Below are positions 21,454 to 31,669 of a DNA stretch of 64,000 nucleotides, one piece after another. The DNA comes from Elusimicrobiaceae bacterium (GTDB lineage Bacteria > Elusimicrobiota > Elusimicrobia > Elusimicrobiales > Elusimicrobiaceae). Where the stretch lies: assembly GCA_017501565.1 (NCBI GenBank), contig JAFVWP010000137.1:1381-65380 (forward strand). Reading direction: 5' to 3'. The stretch's first letter is position 1. The number at the start of each line of letters is the position of its first letter. The translations under genes and the position numbers were made by a program. The notes beneath the pieces are model-generated. The model had not been told where the DNA came from, searched no databases, and was given only the letters and a program-made list of their open reading frames with translations.

Positions 21454-24016
21454 TTTCTACTCTCTTTTTCCACTCGGCAATCAGTTGCAATGCACCCATC
21501 GGGGTCAGTTTATCGGGGTCAGTCATTTTTATTTCTTGTACGATAGGGGCAGAAAACAAATCCTGTACCGGGTCTTTTTCCTTCGCGGAAATACGAGTAC
21601 CTTTTTTGGCTTCCAAATCTTTCAACACTTTGCGGGCCCGTATGGTAACAGCCGCCGGCAACCCGGCAATTTCTGCCACGTGAATACCATAAGATTGATC
21701 CGCCGCACCGGGCAAAATTTGGTACAAAAAGGCCAATTTGCTTTCGCCGTTCACATCTTTATACTCTTTGGCTTCCACATGAAAATTCTTTACGCTGGGA
21801 TACTTATTTTCCAAATCTATCAATTCAAAATAATGCGTGGCAAACAACACTTTAGCCCCGCCGCGCGGTTTGTATAAATATTCCACAATGGCCCAAGCGA
21901 TGGAAATGCCGTCAAAGGTAGAAGTACCGCGGCCCACTTCGTCTAACAAAATCAGACTGCGCGACGTCTGCGAAGACAAAATATGCGCCGTTTCATTCAT
22001 TTCCACCATAAAAGTAGAGTTACCGCGCTGTAAGGCATCATGTGCGCCGATGCGGGTCATAATTTTATCTACTACACCCACTAAAGCTTGCTTGGCGGGC
22101 ACAAAACTGCCGATTTGCGCCATAATAACAATCAAGGCGGTTTGTTTCAAATATACACTTTTACCGCCCATATTAGGCCCTGTAATCAGCATAAGCTGCG
22201 TGTTTAGGCCGTCCACGTCCAAATCATTCGGCACAAAAGAGCCCGCCGGCAGTAAAGACTCCACAATCGGGTGCCGCCCCGCCTGGTAAGAAAGGGCCAT
22301 GCCGTCATTTACTACCGGGCGCACATAATGATATTTCATAGCCGCTAAAGCCAAAGATAGGAAAACGTCCAATTCCGCGGCGGTTTGGGCAAATTCGCGC
22401 ATGGCATTCATTTGCAAAGCGGCCGCTTTGCGGATTTCGTCAAACAAAATGCTTTCCAAACGCAAAATGCGGCTGTCGGCATTTAAGATTTTATTTTCCA
22501 ATTCTTTTAATTCTTCGGTAATAAAACGCTCGGCATTGGTTAAGGTTTGGCGGCGGGTATAGTTATAAGGCACTTTATCTATGTGGGATTTGGTTACTTC
22601 CAAATAATACCCATACACAGAGTTAAACCCTGCTTTCATGTTGGCAATACCTGTTTTTTCCCGCTCGCGTTGGCATAACTCTTCCAAGGCTTTTCCGCTG
22701 CCGCTTCTTAAATTGCGCAGTTCGTCCAACTCGGCATGATAGCCCGGACGAATAATATTGCCGTCGCCGATGCGCAAAGGCGGCTCTTGCTGGATAGACT
22801 CATACAAAAGTTTCGCCAGCTCTTGAGTAGCCGGATAAATACAATCAAAGCGTTCTTTCAACTGCGGAGTAATTTGTGCGCCGTATTTTTCCAACCAACG
22901 GCAAAGCGGTTCGCTATGAAGCAAAGATTGGCGCAAGCCGCCCAAATCGCGCGGGGAAGCATTACCCGCCGCTACCCGCGTCATGATACGTTCCACGTCG
23001 GAAATATTTTGCAAAATAGCCGCCAACGCCGCTAGGGCTTCTTGGTTTTTGATAAGGCCTTCCACGCTGTCTTGACGGCGGGTAATTTCTTCTACCGATA
23101 AAGACGGATGTAAAATCCATTCTTTCAGTTTGCGGCTTCCAAAAGAGGTTTTGGTATGGTCCAATAAATGCCACAGGCTTCCTACGCGGCCCCCTTCCTG
23201 GCTTTTGACCAACTCCAATGAATTAACGGCATTTTCATCAATTTGTAAAAATTCGCTTAATTCCCTGTAAAAAGGAACCAATGTATCTTTAACGCCCGGC
23301 TCGGTAGAAGATACATAATTTAAAATTTCCAGCGCGCAAGAAAGTGCCAACTGCCGCTCTTGCCAATCCGCAAAAGACGGCCAAGAAGCCGGCAAATCAA
23401 AATTTCCGTCAAAAGCGGGGATTTCCGTCAACGGAAGCTGTTGCGGCAAAATGATTTTATTTTGCAAACGTTGCAAGGTGGCGCCGTCGGCTACAATTTC
23501 GGCCGGATTTACCGACGCCAAAGCCCCGGCTAAAGCGGTTAAATGTTCATCATCTGTATTTTGTGTGACCCAAAATTGCCCCGTTGAAACTTCTACACAG
23601 GCCAAACCCCAACCCTTTTTTTCGCAACGCAAAGCCACCAAAAAGTTGGATTGGTTGGCGTCCAACATATTATCTTCCATGATGGTACCGGGGGTAATGA
23701 TCCGAATGACTTTCCGTTCAAAAAGTTTGCTTTTGCTGTCCGACGGAGCCCCAACTTGCTCACAAATGCCTATTTTTTTACCGGCTTTGAGCAGACGCGC
23801 AATATAGGTGGCCGCGGCATGAAAAGGGATACCGCACATCGGCACGCCGTGGCGCTGGGTAAGGGTCAGGCTTAAAATAGCACTTACTTCACGCGCTTGG
23901 TCGTCAAACATTTCATAAAAATCCCCTAACCGGAAAAAAAGAATAATGCCCGGGTTTTGGTTTTTGATGTCGTAATATTGCTTCATCAAAGGGGTATTGT
24001 GGGTCGTGTTCTGCAT
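21446..24016 (-). CDS. mutS: DNA mismatch repair protein MutS
   Basis: TPLMKQY, FRLGDFYE, GPNMGGKS, STFMVEM, DEVGRGTS and SYGIHVA. Confidence 0.98.
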   Translation of the reverse strand: MQNTTHNTPLMKQYYDIKNQNPGIILFFRLGDFYEMFDDQAREVSAILSLTLTQRHGVPMCGIPFHAAATYIARLLKAGKKIGICEQVGAPSDSKSKLFERKVIRIITPGTIMEDNMLDANQSNFLVALRCEKKGWGLACVEVSTGQFWVTQNTDDEHLTALAGALASVNPAEIVADGATLQRLQNKIILPQQLPLTEIPAFDGNFDLPASWPSFADWQERQLALSCALEILNYVSSTEPGVKDTLVPFYRELSEFLQIDENAVNSLELVKSQEGGRVGSLWHLLDHTKTSFGSRKLKEWILHPSLSVEEITRRQDSVEGLIKNQEALAALAAILQNISDVERIMTRVAAGNASPRDLGGLRQSLLHSEPLCRWLEKYGAQITPQLKERFDCIYPATQELAKLLYESIQQEPPLRIGDGNIIRPGYHAELDELRNLRSGSGKALEELCQREREKTGIANMKAGFNSVYGYYLEVTKSHIDKVPYNYTRRQTLTNAERFITEELKELENKILNADSRILRLESILFDEIRKAAALQMNAMREFAQTAAELDVFLSLALAAMKYHYVRPVVNDGMALSYQAGRHPIVESLLPAGSFVPNDLDVDGLNTQLMLITGPNMGGKSVYLKQTALIVIMAQIGSFVPAKQALVGVVDKIMTRIGAHDALQRGNSTFMVEMNETAHILSSQTSRSLILLDEVGRGTSTFDGISIAWAIVEYLYKPRGGAKVLFATHYFELIDLENKYPSVKNFHVEAKEYKDVNGESKLAFLYQILPGAADQSYGIHVAEIAGLPAAVTIRARKVLKDLEAKKGTRISAKEKDPVQDLFSAPIVQEIKMTDPDKLTPMGALQLIAEWKKRVENE

Positions 24017-24089
24017 AAGGGTATTTTAGCAATTTTGGGGCTTTTTTTTGCTTTCGCTTTGAATAGAAAAGAGATTTTTCGGTAAAAAA

Positions 24090-24119
24090 ATGACAAATAG
24101 CCGATTTTTTTGTTATAAT
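24090..24119 (+). promoter_or_regulatory. Probable sigma70 promoter for tRNA-Tyr
   Basis: ATGACA (24090-24095), N18, then extended -10 TGTTATAAT (24111-24119). Confidence 0.6.
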
Positions 24120-24186
24120 AAATATGTCCAAAGTAAATCTTTGACCCGGCTGCGTAGAAAACGCAGCGTTTTTAATCCCTTTGTTC

Positions 24187-24270
24187 GGTAGGGTGGCTGA
24201 GTGGTCAAAAGCAACGGTCTGTAAAACCGTCGGGCTACGCCCTACATAGGTTCGAATCCTATCCCTACCA
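24187..24270 (+). tRNA. tRNA-Tyr(GTA); CCA not encoded
   Basis: Acceptor GGTAGGG/CCCTACC plus discriminator A; anticodon arm ACGGT-CTGTAAA-ACCGT; long variable arm GGGC-TAC-GCCC; T arm ATAGG-TTCGAAT-CCTAT. Confidence 0.97.
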
Positions 24271-24275
24271 AAATT

Positions 24276-24348
24276 TAAACCCCGCTTAAGCGGGGTTTAT
24301 TTTTTTGTAAATTCTCTAAAAAAATCCCCCGTTTTAACGGGGGATTTT
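24276..24348. terminator. Two back-to-back terminators between tRNA-Tyr and the convergent beta-barrel gene
   Basis: TAAACCCCGCTT/AAGCGGGGTTTA plus T run (24276-24306); AAAATCCCCCGTT-TT-AACGGGGGATTTT (24321-24348). Confidence 0.8.
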
Positions 24349-24363
24349 GCTGAAAAACAAATT

Positions 24364-25491
24364 TTACAAAGTGGCTTTTAAGAACAGGCCCCCTTTATTG
24401 CTGTTGTACTCATTCTCATATGTGTTAGAGTGTCTGCTGCGCAACTGGTACCATGCTCCCGCCGAAAGCCATTTATTCAATTGATACGTCACTTCGGGAC
24501 GGACGCCGTATAAATCGTCGGATCTTTTAACTCCTTGATTGTTGGCATGTTCGTAATCCATATTTTCATAAGACAGCGTCACCGCCGCTTTTAAGCGGTT
24601 AGAAAGCTGATGAGAAAAATACAAAGAAATCAACGTATCGGCAAAATAACGATTGTTCACATAGGTAGATTCTTCAAACTTTCTTATTCCTGACAAACGG
24701 ATTACATTTCTGCCGGTCGGTCTATATTCTAAAGAAAGGTCATAACCGAATAAATCTTCGTAAGTGCTGTAACCGGAAAGATGATGCGTATAATCGCGCA
24801 TGGCATAAGTGGCCTTAGCCATACCGGTCACTTTCGGGGCGATTTTTCCTTCTACCCCCAAAGCCAAGGTGCTTCCGTCGGAGTTATGTTCGTCATTGTA
24901 TTTATAGTTTACATTGCTATACATATATTCCACAAAAGCACTTGTTTTAGAAGAAATATTCCAAAACCCCTGCACCGCGGCATTGATTCTGTTTAAATCC
25001 AAGGCCGTTTGCCACGGGTGATCATAGTAATAGTCATAAGAATCATTGGCAGAAAAGCCCAATCCGAAAGTCTTTTCTCTGGAAGTTCTGGCAGAAAGAT
25101 AAACATTATTATTAAATCTTCTTACCATATCCGTCAATTCGGAGTTAGCCAAATCGGACGTATACACAAAGGTATTACCGATATTTAGCAAATCATTAGC
25201 CAAATCCACATTGGCAAACGCGTTCCAAAAGCCGTTTTGGCCATTTTCTTTGGTATAGGCATTATAACCGCCGAAAGCCGTCGCATTAAAAACAAGTCCG
25301 CTATTAGGAACCGCTGTTTTATATTTCATACCCACTTGCGTGGAGTTAATGACGGAACTTTCTTCTTGCGTATTGGAAAGATAAATATTGTCATCATATA
25401 TCAAATCTTCCCAAACAGAAAAAGTCAAATTTTTACCATAGCCCAAAGAAGCCGTTAACAGACAAATTAATAAAATGCTTAGTTTTTTCAT
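24364..25491 (-). CDS. Outer-membrane beta-barrel protein, BBP2/VpsM-like (polysaccharide export-associated)
   Basis: Signal peptide, N-terminal YDDNIYLS motif, many Tyr-rich amphipathic strands, C-terminal Y..R.R.SN...Y..N..GLFLKATL. Confidence 0.7.
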   Translation of the reverse strand: MKKLSILLICLLTASLGYGKNLTFSVWEDLIYDDNIYLSNTQEESSVINSTQVGMKYKTAVPNSGLVFNATAFGGYNAYTKENGQNGFWNAFANVDLANDLLNIGNTFVYTSDLANSELTDMVRRFNNNVYLSARTSREKTFGLGFSANDSYDYYYDHPWQTALDLNRINAAVQGFWNISSKTSAFVEYMYSNVNYKYNDEHNSDGSTLALGVEGKIAPKVTGMAKATYAMRDYTHHLSGYSTYEDLFGYDLSLEYRPTGRNVIRLSGIRKFEESTYVNNRYFADTLISLYFSHQLSNRLKAAVTLSYENMDYEHANNQGVKRSDDLYGVRPEVTYQLNKWLSAGAWYQLRSRHSNTYENEYNSNKGGLFLKATL

Positions 25492-25507
25492 TTTGTTTTC
25501 TCCTGTA

Positions 25508-26062
25508 TTACGGCTCGGGGTTGCTCAATACGTCTTGGATAGCCTGTTGAGTGGCGGTATTAGTTTCTGAAGAAATAACAAAAGAAGGCACTTGCAAAGG
25601 TTCTTCTTCCTGTAACGTAACTTGGAGCGCGTCTTGGGTAGGGGTATTGTTTGGTTGCGCAAAAGAAAATGCCTTTCCTTTTTTAAGAGAAATTTTCTTT
25701 CCGTCATCTCTGGTCAAAAAGGCTTTTTTCCCTTCCAACAACGTAATCGTATTTTTTTGCGTATCAATGGAAACTTTCGTTTTCCCTTTGGATTGGAAAG
25801 TATAAGCGTTTAATCTTACGTTGGAAAAAGAATCCCCTAGAATGGTTAATTTTTTATCCTTATACTGCTCAATGGTTGCTTTTAAATTTTTAGGAAAAAC
25901 CAATTTACTTTCACCGAACGAAAGCTGGGTTCTTTGTACTCCGCTGATTTGAAAAGCAGAAGCGCCGGAATGGACGGCGGGATTAGTTTTTTCGGCGGTT
26001 TGGGCATTTACACCAATACCACAAACCAAAAGAGCCGTTAGGGCAAGCAATAATTTCTTCAT
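25508..26062 (-). CDS. Secreted hypothetical protein (beta-rich, weakly FecR-like)
   Basis: SD AAGGAG, signal peptide; probably co-transcribed with the barrel gene (16-bp gap). Confidence 0.6.
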   Translation of the reverse strand: MKKLLLALTALLVCGIGVNAQTAEKTNPAVHSGASAFQISGVQRTQLSFGESKLVFPKNLKATIEQYKDKKLTILGDSFSNVRLNAYTFQSKGKTKVSIDTQKNTITLLEGKKAFLTRDDGKKISLKKGKAFSFAQPNNTPTQDALQVTLQEEEPLQVPSFVISSETNTATQQAIQDVLSNPEP

Positions 26063-26160
26063 CAAACACTCCTTTTTATAGTATAAGAATATGCTATAAA
26101 ATTATAGTTTGATGAAAAATAATCATTTTTAGCTATTAAAAAATTAATCTTTTCAATTAG

Positions 26161-26427
26161 CTATTTAGACGTTTCCTTTTCCAGGGCCGCCCCGATAGCG
26201 CGGGCCAATTGGTCTGCACAAGAAGTGCCACGGCCGCCGCAATCATTGCCGGACAAAAGCGCCGCTATTTTAGCGGCATCGGCCCCTTCGGTCAATTTAG
26301 AAATAGCCGACAAATTCCCCGGGCAACCGCCAATAAAACAAACCTGATGCAATCTTCCTTGTTCGTCTATTTCAAAACGGATTTCCTGTGAGCATACGCC
26401 CATGGTTTGGTATTTGTAAAAAGCCAT
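26161..26427 (-). CDS. Small TSCPD-domain protein (TIGR03905-like)
   Basis: GVCS.EI.F...GGCPGNL..I..L.EG...C..RGTSCADQLA.A; start at the ATG at 26427. Confidence 0.85.
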   Translation of the reverse strand: MAFYKYQTMGVCSQEIRFEIDEQGRLHQVCFIGGCPGNLSAISKLTEGADAAKIAALLSGNDCGGRGTSCADQLARAIGAALEKETSK

Positions 26428-26437
26428 ATTTATCCCT

Positions 26438-29400
26438 TTACTCAAAGCTCCAGGCATTGCTGCCCAAAGTATTTTCTATATAATCTAGCAATGCGCGGTG
26501 TACTTGGATAGATTTCCCGGTACGTATGCGGTGTATTTTGGTAGGGTCTGCTTTAGAAGGCACTTCCAGATATACGCGGGTGGTGCCGACACCGGCATCT
26601 AAATGCGCTTTAAGTTTTTGTAAATGAGATTGCGAATAGTTGGACGTTAAACGAATGGTCAATTTGCTAGCCAAAGCAGAAATCATACCCGTTACGCTAT
26701 ACACATCGTCTAAAGAAATTTCTACCCGTGCGCTATCGTCATCTTCGCGCACTTCGCCCTGAAAGCACAAAATAGCATTCGGCGATACCCTGTCTAAAAC
26801 TTTTTTCCAAGTTTTTGAAAAAGCATTAACCATAATAGAGCCGGAGCAATCTTCTATCACAAATTGAGCCCATTCTTCTTTGGTACGCTTGCTTTGGCGT
26901 TTTTTTAGGCGGGTAACAATGCCGATTACTTTTACTTTGTTGGCCGCTTTTTTGTCTTGCGGATTTTGTGGCAGTTCTTCAGCGGGTGGATTTTCTTTTT
27001 TGTCAAACAAATCCGCAATAGCCACACAACCCAATTTCGGGAAATATTTTTGATATTGGGCAATGGGGTGACCGCTAAAGTAAATACCCATTACTTCTTT
27101 TTCATTGGCTAAAAGCTCTCTGTGCGGTAGGGGCAAAACAGGGGCCGTACTTTTTCTTTTAAAAGCGGTAATGACAGAAAAATCATCTCCGAACAAGCTG
27201 ACCGCACCGGCTTCTTTTTCTTTGGCAATAGCATGGGCCGTATCAACGGCATCGTCTAAATCAGCCAATAATTCGGCACGTACTTCATGCGGGTCTTTTT
27301 GCGGCATTAAACAATCCAATGCCCCGGCTTTGATTAAACTTTCAATTGTTTTCTTATTGGCCTGAAAAAGGTCCACCCGGGCGCATAAATCTTTCAAGGA
27401 AGTAAACGGCGCTTTCGCCGCTTCTTGCGCAATAGAAATGCAGCCTTCCGTACCGGCATTTTTGACAGCTTCCAACGCATAGCGGATACATTCTTTGCCG
27501 TCTTTTTCTTCTACGGAAAACTCCGGCTGGGACTTATTAATATCCGGCGGCAAAATTTCAAAACCCATTTTTTTGGCATCTTCCAAATAGGTGGCAATTT
27601 TATTTTCTTTATCATCAGATCCGATAGCATTATGGCCGATTTCGTTGGTCAGGGCCGCGCACATAAATTCTATGGGATAATTGGCCTTTAAGTAAGCGGT
27701 TTGATACGAAACCAAAGCATAGGCGTAGGAGTGGGATTTATTAAACCCGTATCCGGCAAAGGCTTTCATCTGCTCGTACAGGTGCGAAGATACTTTCTCC
27801 GGGATTTTATGTATTTTTGCCCCTTCCACAAATTTCTTACCGAAGGCTTCCATGACGTCTAATTTCTTTTTACCCATGGCTTTACGCAACGTATCGGCTT
27901 CCCCGGGAGTAAAACCGCCCAACGTTTTGGATATTTGCATGATTTGTTCCTGATAAACCATACAACCATAGGTATCTTTGAGTAAGTCTTCCAAAAGGGG
28001 TGTCTCGTAAGTGATGGCTTCTTGGCCGTTTTTACGTCGCACGAACATATCCATCATGCCCGATTCCATCGGCCCCGGGCGGTAGAGAGCCACCAAAGCG
28101 GAAATATCACTAAATTGGGTCGGTTGCAGTTTTTTAATCAAGTCCCGCATACCGCCGCTTTCCAATTGGAAAATGCCCAACGTTTGGCAAGCGCATAACA
28201 AATCGTATGTTTTCTTATCGTCTAAAGCAATGGTATTAATATCAAAATCGGGGTTATGGCGGGCGCGAATCATCTTCTCGGCATTATCAATAACCGTTAA
28301 GGTGCGCAAGCCCAAAAAGTCCATTTTCAGCAACCCTAAGTTAGAACAGGGCTCCCCTTCAAACTGCGTGGTGACGGAGCCGTCTTTGGCGCGGGCTAAA
28401 GGAATATAGTCTGCCACCGGGTCACGCGTGATCAGCACGCCTGCGGCGTGAATGCCGGTATGACGTTTGAGCCCTTCAATTTTTTTAGACATTTCAAACA
28501 ACTGCTTGGATACGGGATTGTTTTGAATTTCCGTTTGCAATTCTTTTACATTGGCCAAAGCATCATCTAAAGTAATTTTAGGGTCATTGGGAATCATCTT
28601 GGCTACGCGGTTGGTTTCCGCCACGCTGATACCCATCACGCGGGCCACATCGCGCACTGCCAATTTGGCTTTCATTGTACCGAAAGTAATAATTTGGGAA
28701 ACTTTATCTTGCCCGTACTTATTGCGCACATAGTCAATCACGCGCTCGCGCCCGGTGTCGGACATGTCAATATCCAAGTCGGGCATGCTGACGCGGTCCG
28801 GGTTTAAGAAACGCTCAAACAGCAATTTGCTTTTGATAGGGTCCACGCGGGTAATGTCTAAGCTGTACGCCACAATACTGCCGGCGCCGGAGCCGCGGCC
28901 CGGCCCTATGGGAATGCCGTTGGCCCGCGCCCAATTGATAAAATCTTGCACAATTAAAAAATAGCAATCAAACCCCATGGTAATAATGACGTCAAATTCA
29001 TATTCCAATTGCTTGATGTATTCGGGCGGAACCTGGCCGTTCATCTTTTTTTCCAACCCTTTACGGCACAAATCTTTAAAATAATCGGCTGTGGTGGCAA
29101 ATTGGGGCGGAATATCAAAATTAGGCAAAATAAAGCCGTGTTTCGGAAACTCCAAATTACATTTCTCGGCAATTTCTAAAGTGGTGGTTAACGCTTCCGG
29201 CGTGTGGGAAAACAGCGCATACATTTCTTCGGGAGATTTAAAGTAAAGTTCATGGGTGGTCATCTTCATGCGGTTTTCGTCTTTCAACGTCTTTTGCGTA
29301 GAAATACATAAGTTGACGTCATGCGCTTCCCAATCTTCTTTTTTCTCGTAGTGGCAATCGTTGGTGGCTACCACAGGTATCCCCAATTTTTTGCCCACTT

Positions 29401-29986
29401 CCTTTAAAATAGGTAAGGCTTCCTGTTCTTCGCGGATACCATGGTCCATTAACTCAATATAATAGTTGCCTTTGTCCATGATGTCTTGATATTCTTGAGC
29501 CAAAGCACAGGCTTGCTCAAAAGACTTGGTCAACACATCTTGCGCCAAAAAACCTTTCAAACAGCCCGACAGCGCAATCAATCCGTCTGCATATTGGGCC
29601 AACAGCTCTTTGTCTATGCGGGGCTTGCCGTAAAATCCGTCCACCCAGGCTTTAGAGTTGAGCTTCATCAAATTCAAATAGCCTTGGTAATTTTTGGCCA
29701 ACAAGGTTAAGTGTCCGCGGCGTTGAGTTTTATCCCGGTCGGTATGTTTGCCTTCGGTGATATATACTTCACACCCCACAATAGGCTTAAGGCCAGCCCC
29801 TTTGGCAGCATCATAAAAATCCAAAGCGCCGTACATATTGCCATGATCGGTCAGCGCCATGGCCTTGATGCCGCTTTCGGCCAAGCCGCGTAAAAAACGT
29901 GACGGCTTGTGCTTTTCGGACAAGCGGAGCATTCCGTCTAATAAAGAGTACTCTGAATGGTTATGTAAATGGATAAATTCTTTCAT
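26438..29986 (-). CDS. dnaE: DNA polymerase III alpha subunit
   Basis: PHP motifs (HLHNHSEYS, TDHG, ATNDCHY), GRGSGAGS, PDLDID, YGFNKSH and OB fold; no intein seen. Confidence 0.98.
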   Translation of the reverse strand: MKEFIHLHNHSEYSLLDGMLRLSEKHKPSRFLRGLAESGIKAMALTDHGNMYGALDFYDAAKGAGLKPIVGCEVYITEGKHTDRDKTQRRGHLTLLAKNYQGYLNLMKLNSKAWVDGFYGKPRIDKELLAQYADGLIALSGCLKGFLAQDVLTKSFEQACALAQEYQDIMDKGNYYIELMDHGIREEQEALPILKEVGKKLGIPVVATNDCHYEKKEDWEAHDVNLCISTQKTLKDENRMKMTTHELYFKSPEEMYALFSHTPEALTTTLEIAEKCNLEFPKHGFILPNFDIPPQFATTADYFKDLCRKGLEKKMNGQVPPEYIKQLEYEFDVIITMGFDCYFLIVQDFINWARANGIPIGPGRGSGAGSIVAYSLDITRVDPIKSKLLFERFLNPDRVSMPDLDIDMSDTGRERVIDYVRNKYGQDKVSQIITFGTMKAKLAVRDVARVMGISVAETNRVAKMIPNDPKITLDDALANVKELQTEIQNNPVSKQLFEMSKKIEGLKRHTGIHAAGVLITRDPVADYIPLARAKDGSVTTQFEGEPCSNLGLLKMDFLGLRTLTVIDNAEKMIRARHNPDFDINTIALDDKKTYDLLCACQTLGIFQLESGGMRDLIKKLQPTQFSDISALVALYRPGPMESGMMDMFVRRKNGQEAITYETPLLEDLLKDTYGCMVYQEQIMQISKTLGGFTPGEADTLRKAMGKKKLDVMEAFGKKFVEGAKIHKIPEKVSSHLYEQMKAFAGYGFNKSHSYAYALVSYQTAYLKANYPIEFMCAALTNEIGHNAIGSDDKENKIATYLEDAKKMGFEILPPDINKSQPEFSVEEKDGKECIRYALEAVKNAGTEGCISIAQEAAKAPFTSLKDLCARVDLFQANKKTIESLIKAGALDCLMPQKDPHEVRAELLADLDDAVDTAHAIAKEKEAGAVSLFGDDFSVITAFKRKSTAPVLPLPHRELLANEKEVMGIYFSGHPIAQYQKYFPKLGCVAIADLFDKKENPPAEELPQNPQDKKAANKVKVIGIVTRLKKRQSKRTKEEWAQFVIEDCSGSIMVNAFSKTWKKVLDRVSPNAILCFQGEVREDDDSARVEISLDDVYSVTGMISALASKLTIRLTSNYSQSHLQKLKAHLDAGVGTTRVYLEVPSKADPTKIHRIRTGKSIQVHRALLDYIENTLGSNAWSFE

Positions 29987-30017
29987 ATACAAGGCGCTTT
30001 TTTATAAGATAAATGGT

Positions 30018-30563
30018 ATGAAACATTATAGTAAATTAAAAGAAATCAAGCTCTCTTCTCAAACCCTCTATACAGGAGTAGTGGGGTTTAATTGTGACCA
30101 GGTAAAATTGGTCAACGGAAAAACCGCTTCGCGCGTGTATTTGGTGCATAAAGGAGCCAGCGCCGTTTTGCCTATTGAAGATGATTGTGTCTATTTAGTG
30201 CAGCAGTTTCGCTACCCTATCGGGCGCGTAACGTGGGAATTGCCCGCCGGCAAGCGCGAAGATTACCAAACTTTTTTGACTTGCGCCAAAGCAGAGCTGG
30301 AGCAAGAAGCCGGGTTGAAAGCGTCCCGCTGGAAAAAATTGTGTGTTTTTAACCCCAGCAATGCTTTTTCCAACGAAGACTTACACATCTATTTGGCGCA
30401 AGGGCTGAAAAAAGTAAGCCAAGATTTAGACGAAGACGAATTTGTGAATGTAAAAAAAATCCCGCTCAAAAAAGCCTATCAGATGATAAAGAGCGGCAAA
30501 ATACAAGACGCTAAAACACTCATTGCGCTATTAATGTATCGCAATTTTTGCGAAAAAAAATAA
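30018..30563 (+). CDS. NUDIX hydrolase (ADP-ribose pyrophosphatase-like)
   Basis: QFRYP, WELPAGK...AKAELEQEAG Nudix box and DEDEF. Confidence 0.9.
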   Translation: MKHYSKLKEIKLSSQTLYTGVVGFNCDQVKLVNGKTASRVYLVHKGASAVLPIEDDCVYLVQQFRYPIGRVTWELPAGKREDYQTFLTCAKAELEQEAGLKASRWKKLCVFNPSNAFSNEDLHIYLAQGLKKVSQDLDEDEFVNVKKIPLKKAYQMIKSGKIQDAKTLIALLMYRNFCEKK

Positions 30564-30583
30564 AGTTTTACAAAAAAAATTAA

Positions 30584-30619
30584 TTTTGGTTTAATGGGAG
30601 TATACCCATTAAACCAAAA
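30584..30619. repeat. 15-bp perfect inverted repeat upstream of the second pilin
   Basis: TTTTGGTTTAATGGG-AGTATA-CCCATTAAACCAAAA. Confidence 0.9.
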
Positions 30620-30630
30620 AAGGATAGAAT

Positions 30631-31176
30631 ATGAAAAAAATATATAACTCAAACCACAAAGGTTTTACGCTTATTGAACTTTTGGTAGTAGTATTGATTA
30701 TCGGTATTTTGTCAGCCGTAGCATTGCCGCAGTACAAAAGAGCGGTAATAAAAAGCCGCTTCACACAAGCCATTGTTTGGGGGGATGCCCTAAAGAAAGA
30801 AGCAGAGATTTATTATATGGCTAACGGAGAGTATCCCACTAATTTTGAATTCGTAACTTCTCTTCCTATTGGAAGCGGTTTGTATATAAAAGACCCAAAA
30901 AACGGACTAACCATTGCTCATGCATACATGGCAGAAGAATCGGGATTTATTTGGATATCCCTTAAATCAAGTAGGTACTTCCCGGGAATGACCAGTATCG
31001 GATACGCAACAGCATTAAATCATGCTTCGCAACAATATCGTGGAAAAAGCTATTGTTTGGCCAATGGCCAAGCGACCAGTATCAATGATTTATGTAAAGG
31101 AATATCAGGGTCGAAGGTACTCTCCAGCACGCCGAAAGGGATCAATAGCCAATACAGAGCTTACGAAATGAAGTAA
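30631..31176 (+). CDS. Type IV pilin-like protein (PilE family)
   Basis: KG|[24 protein letters not shown]; C-terminal Cys pair. Confidence 0.9.
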   Translation: MKKIYNSNHKGFTLIELLVVVLIIGILSAVALPQYKRAVIKSRFTQAIVWGDALKKEAEIYYMANGEYPTNFEFVTSLPIGSGLYIKDPKNGLTIAHAYMAEESGFIWISLKSSRYFPGMTSIGYATALNHASQQYRGKSYCLANGQATSINDLCKGISGSKVLSSTPKGINSQYRAYEMK

Positions 31177-31668
31177 CTATTGGTATTGATTGGATTTTGT
31201 ACCGCCCCAATATTCATAACCCAGGTCATTTTTTATCAGTTCTTGGGCTAAGTTTTGCCCCCGGGCATTGGTAACATCGCAGAGAAGACGGAAATATTTG
31301 TCGCGGCTGCAGTTACTTAAAGAAATGGGTCCGTCATTTAAAAAATCTTTGCTAAACGCCTTGGCTTTTTTAGCCAGGCGTTTTTCTTTTTCGGTTTTTC
31401 CTTTTATTTCTGGGGTATCTACCCCCAACACACGCACAGGCACTTTTTCACAATAAAAAGCTAAAGAGCAATTTAAATTAATCTTAAATGTATCCCCATC
31501 GTATACCGATGCTACGGACACATTTTGCAAAGAAGATTGGGTAGGCATGGGGGCTTGGTCGCTGACGGGTTTGCCGTTCTGTTGCATGAACCACCCTAAA
31601 ACAGCCACAAGGATATAAGCCCAAAATTTAGCTTGTTTTTTAGTATATTTTCTTCTTTTCTTTGCCAT
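31177..31668 (-). CDS. Membrane-anchored thermonuclease (SNase family)
   Basis: VYDGDTF, VRVLGVDTPE and DKYFRLL motifs; N-terminal anchor. Confidence 0.9.
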   Translation of the reverse strand: MAKKRRKYTKKQAKFWAYILVAVLGWFMQQNGKPVSDQAPMPTQSSLQNVSVASVYDGDTFKINLNCSLAFYCEKVPVRVLGVDTPEIKGKTEKEKRLAKKAKAFSKDFLNDGPISLSNCSRDKYFRLLCDVTNARGQNLAQELIKNDLGYEYWGGTKSNQYQ

Positions 31669-31669
31669 A

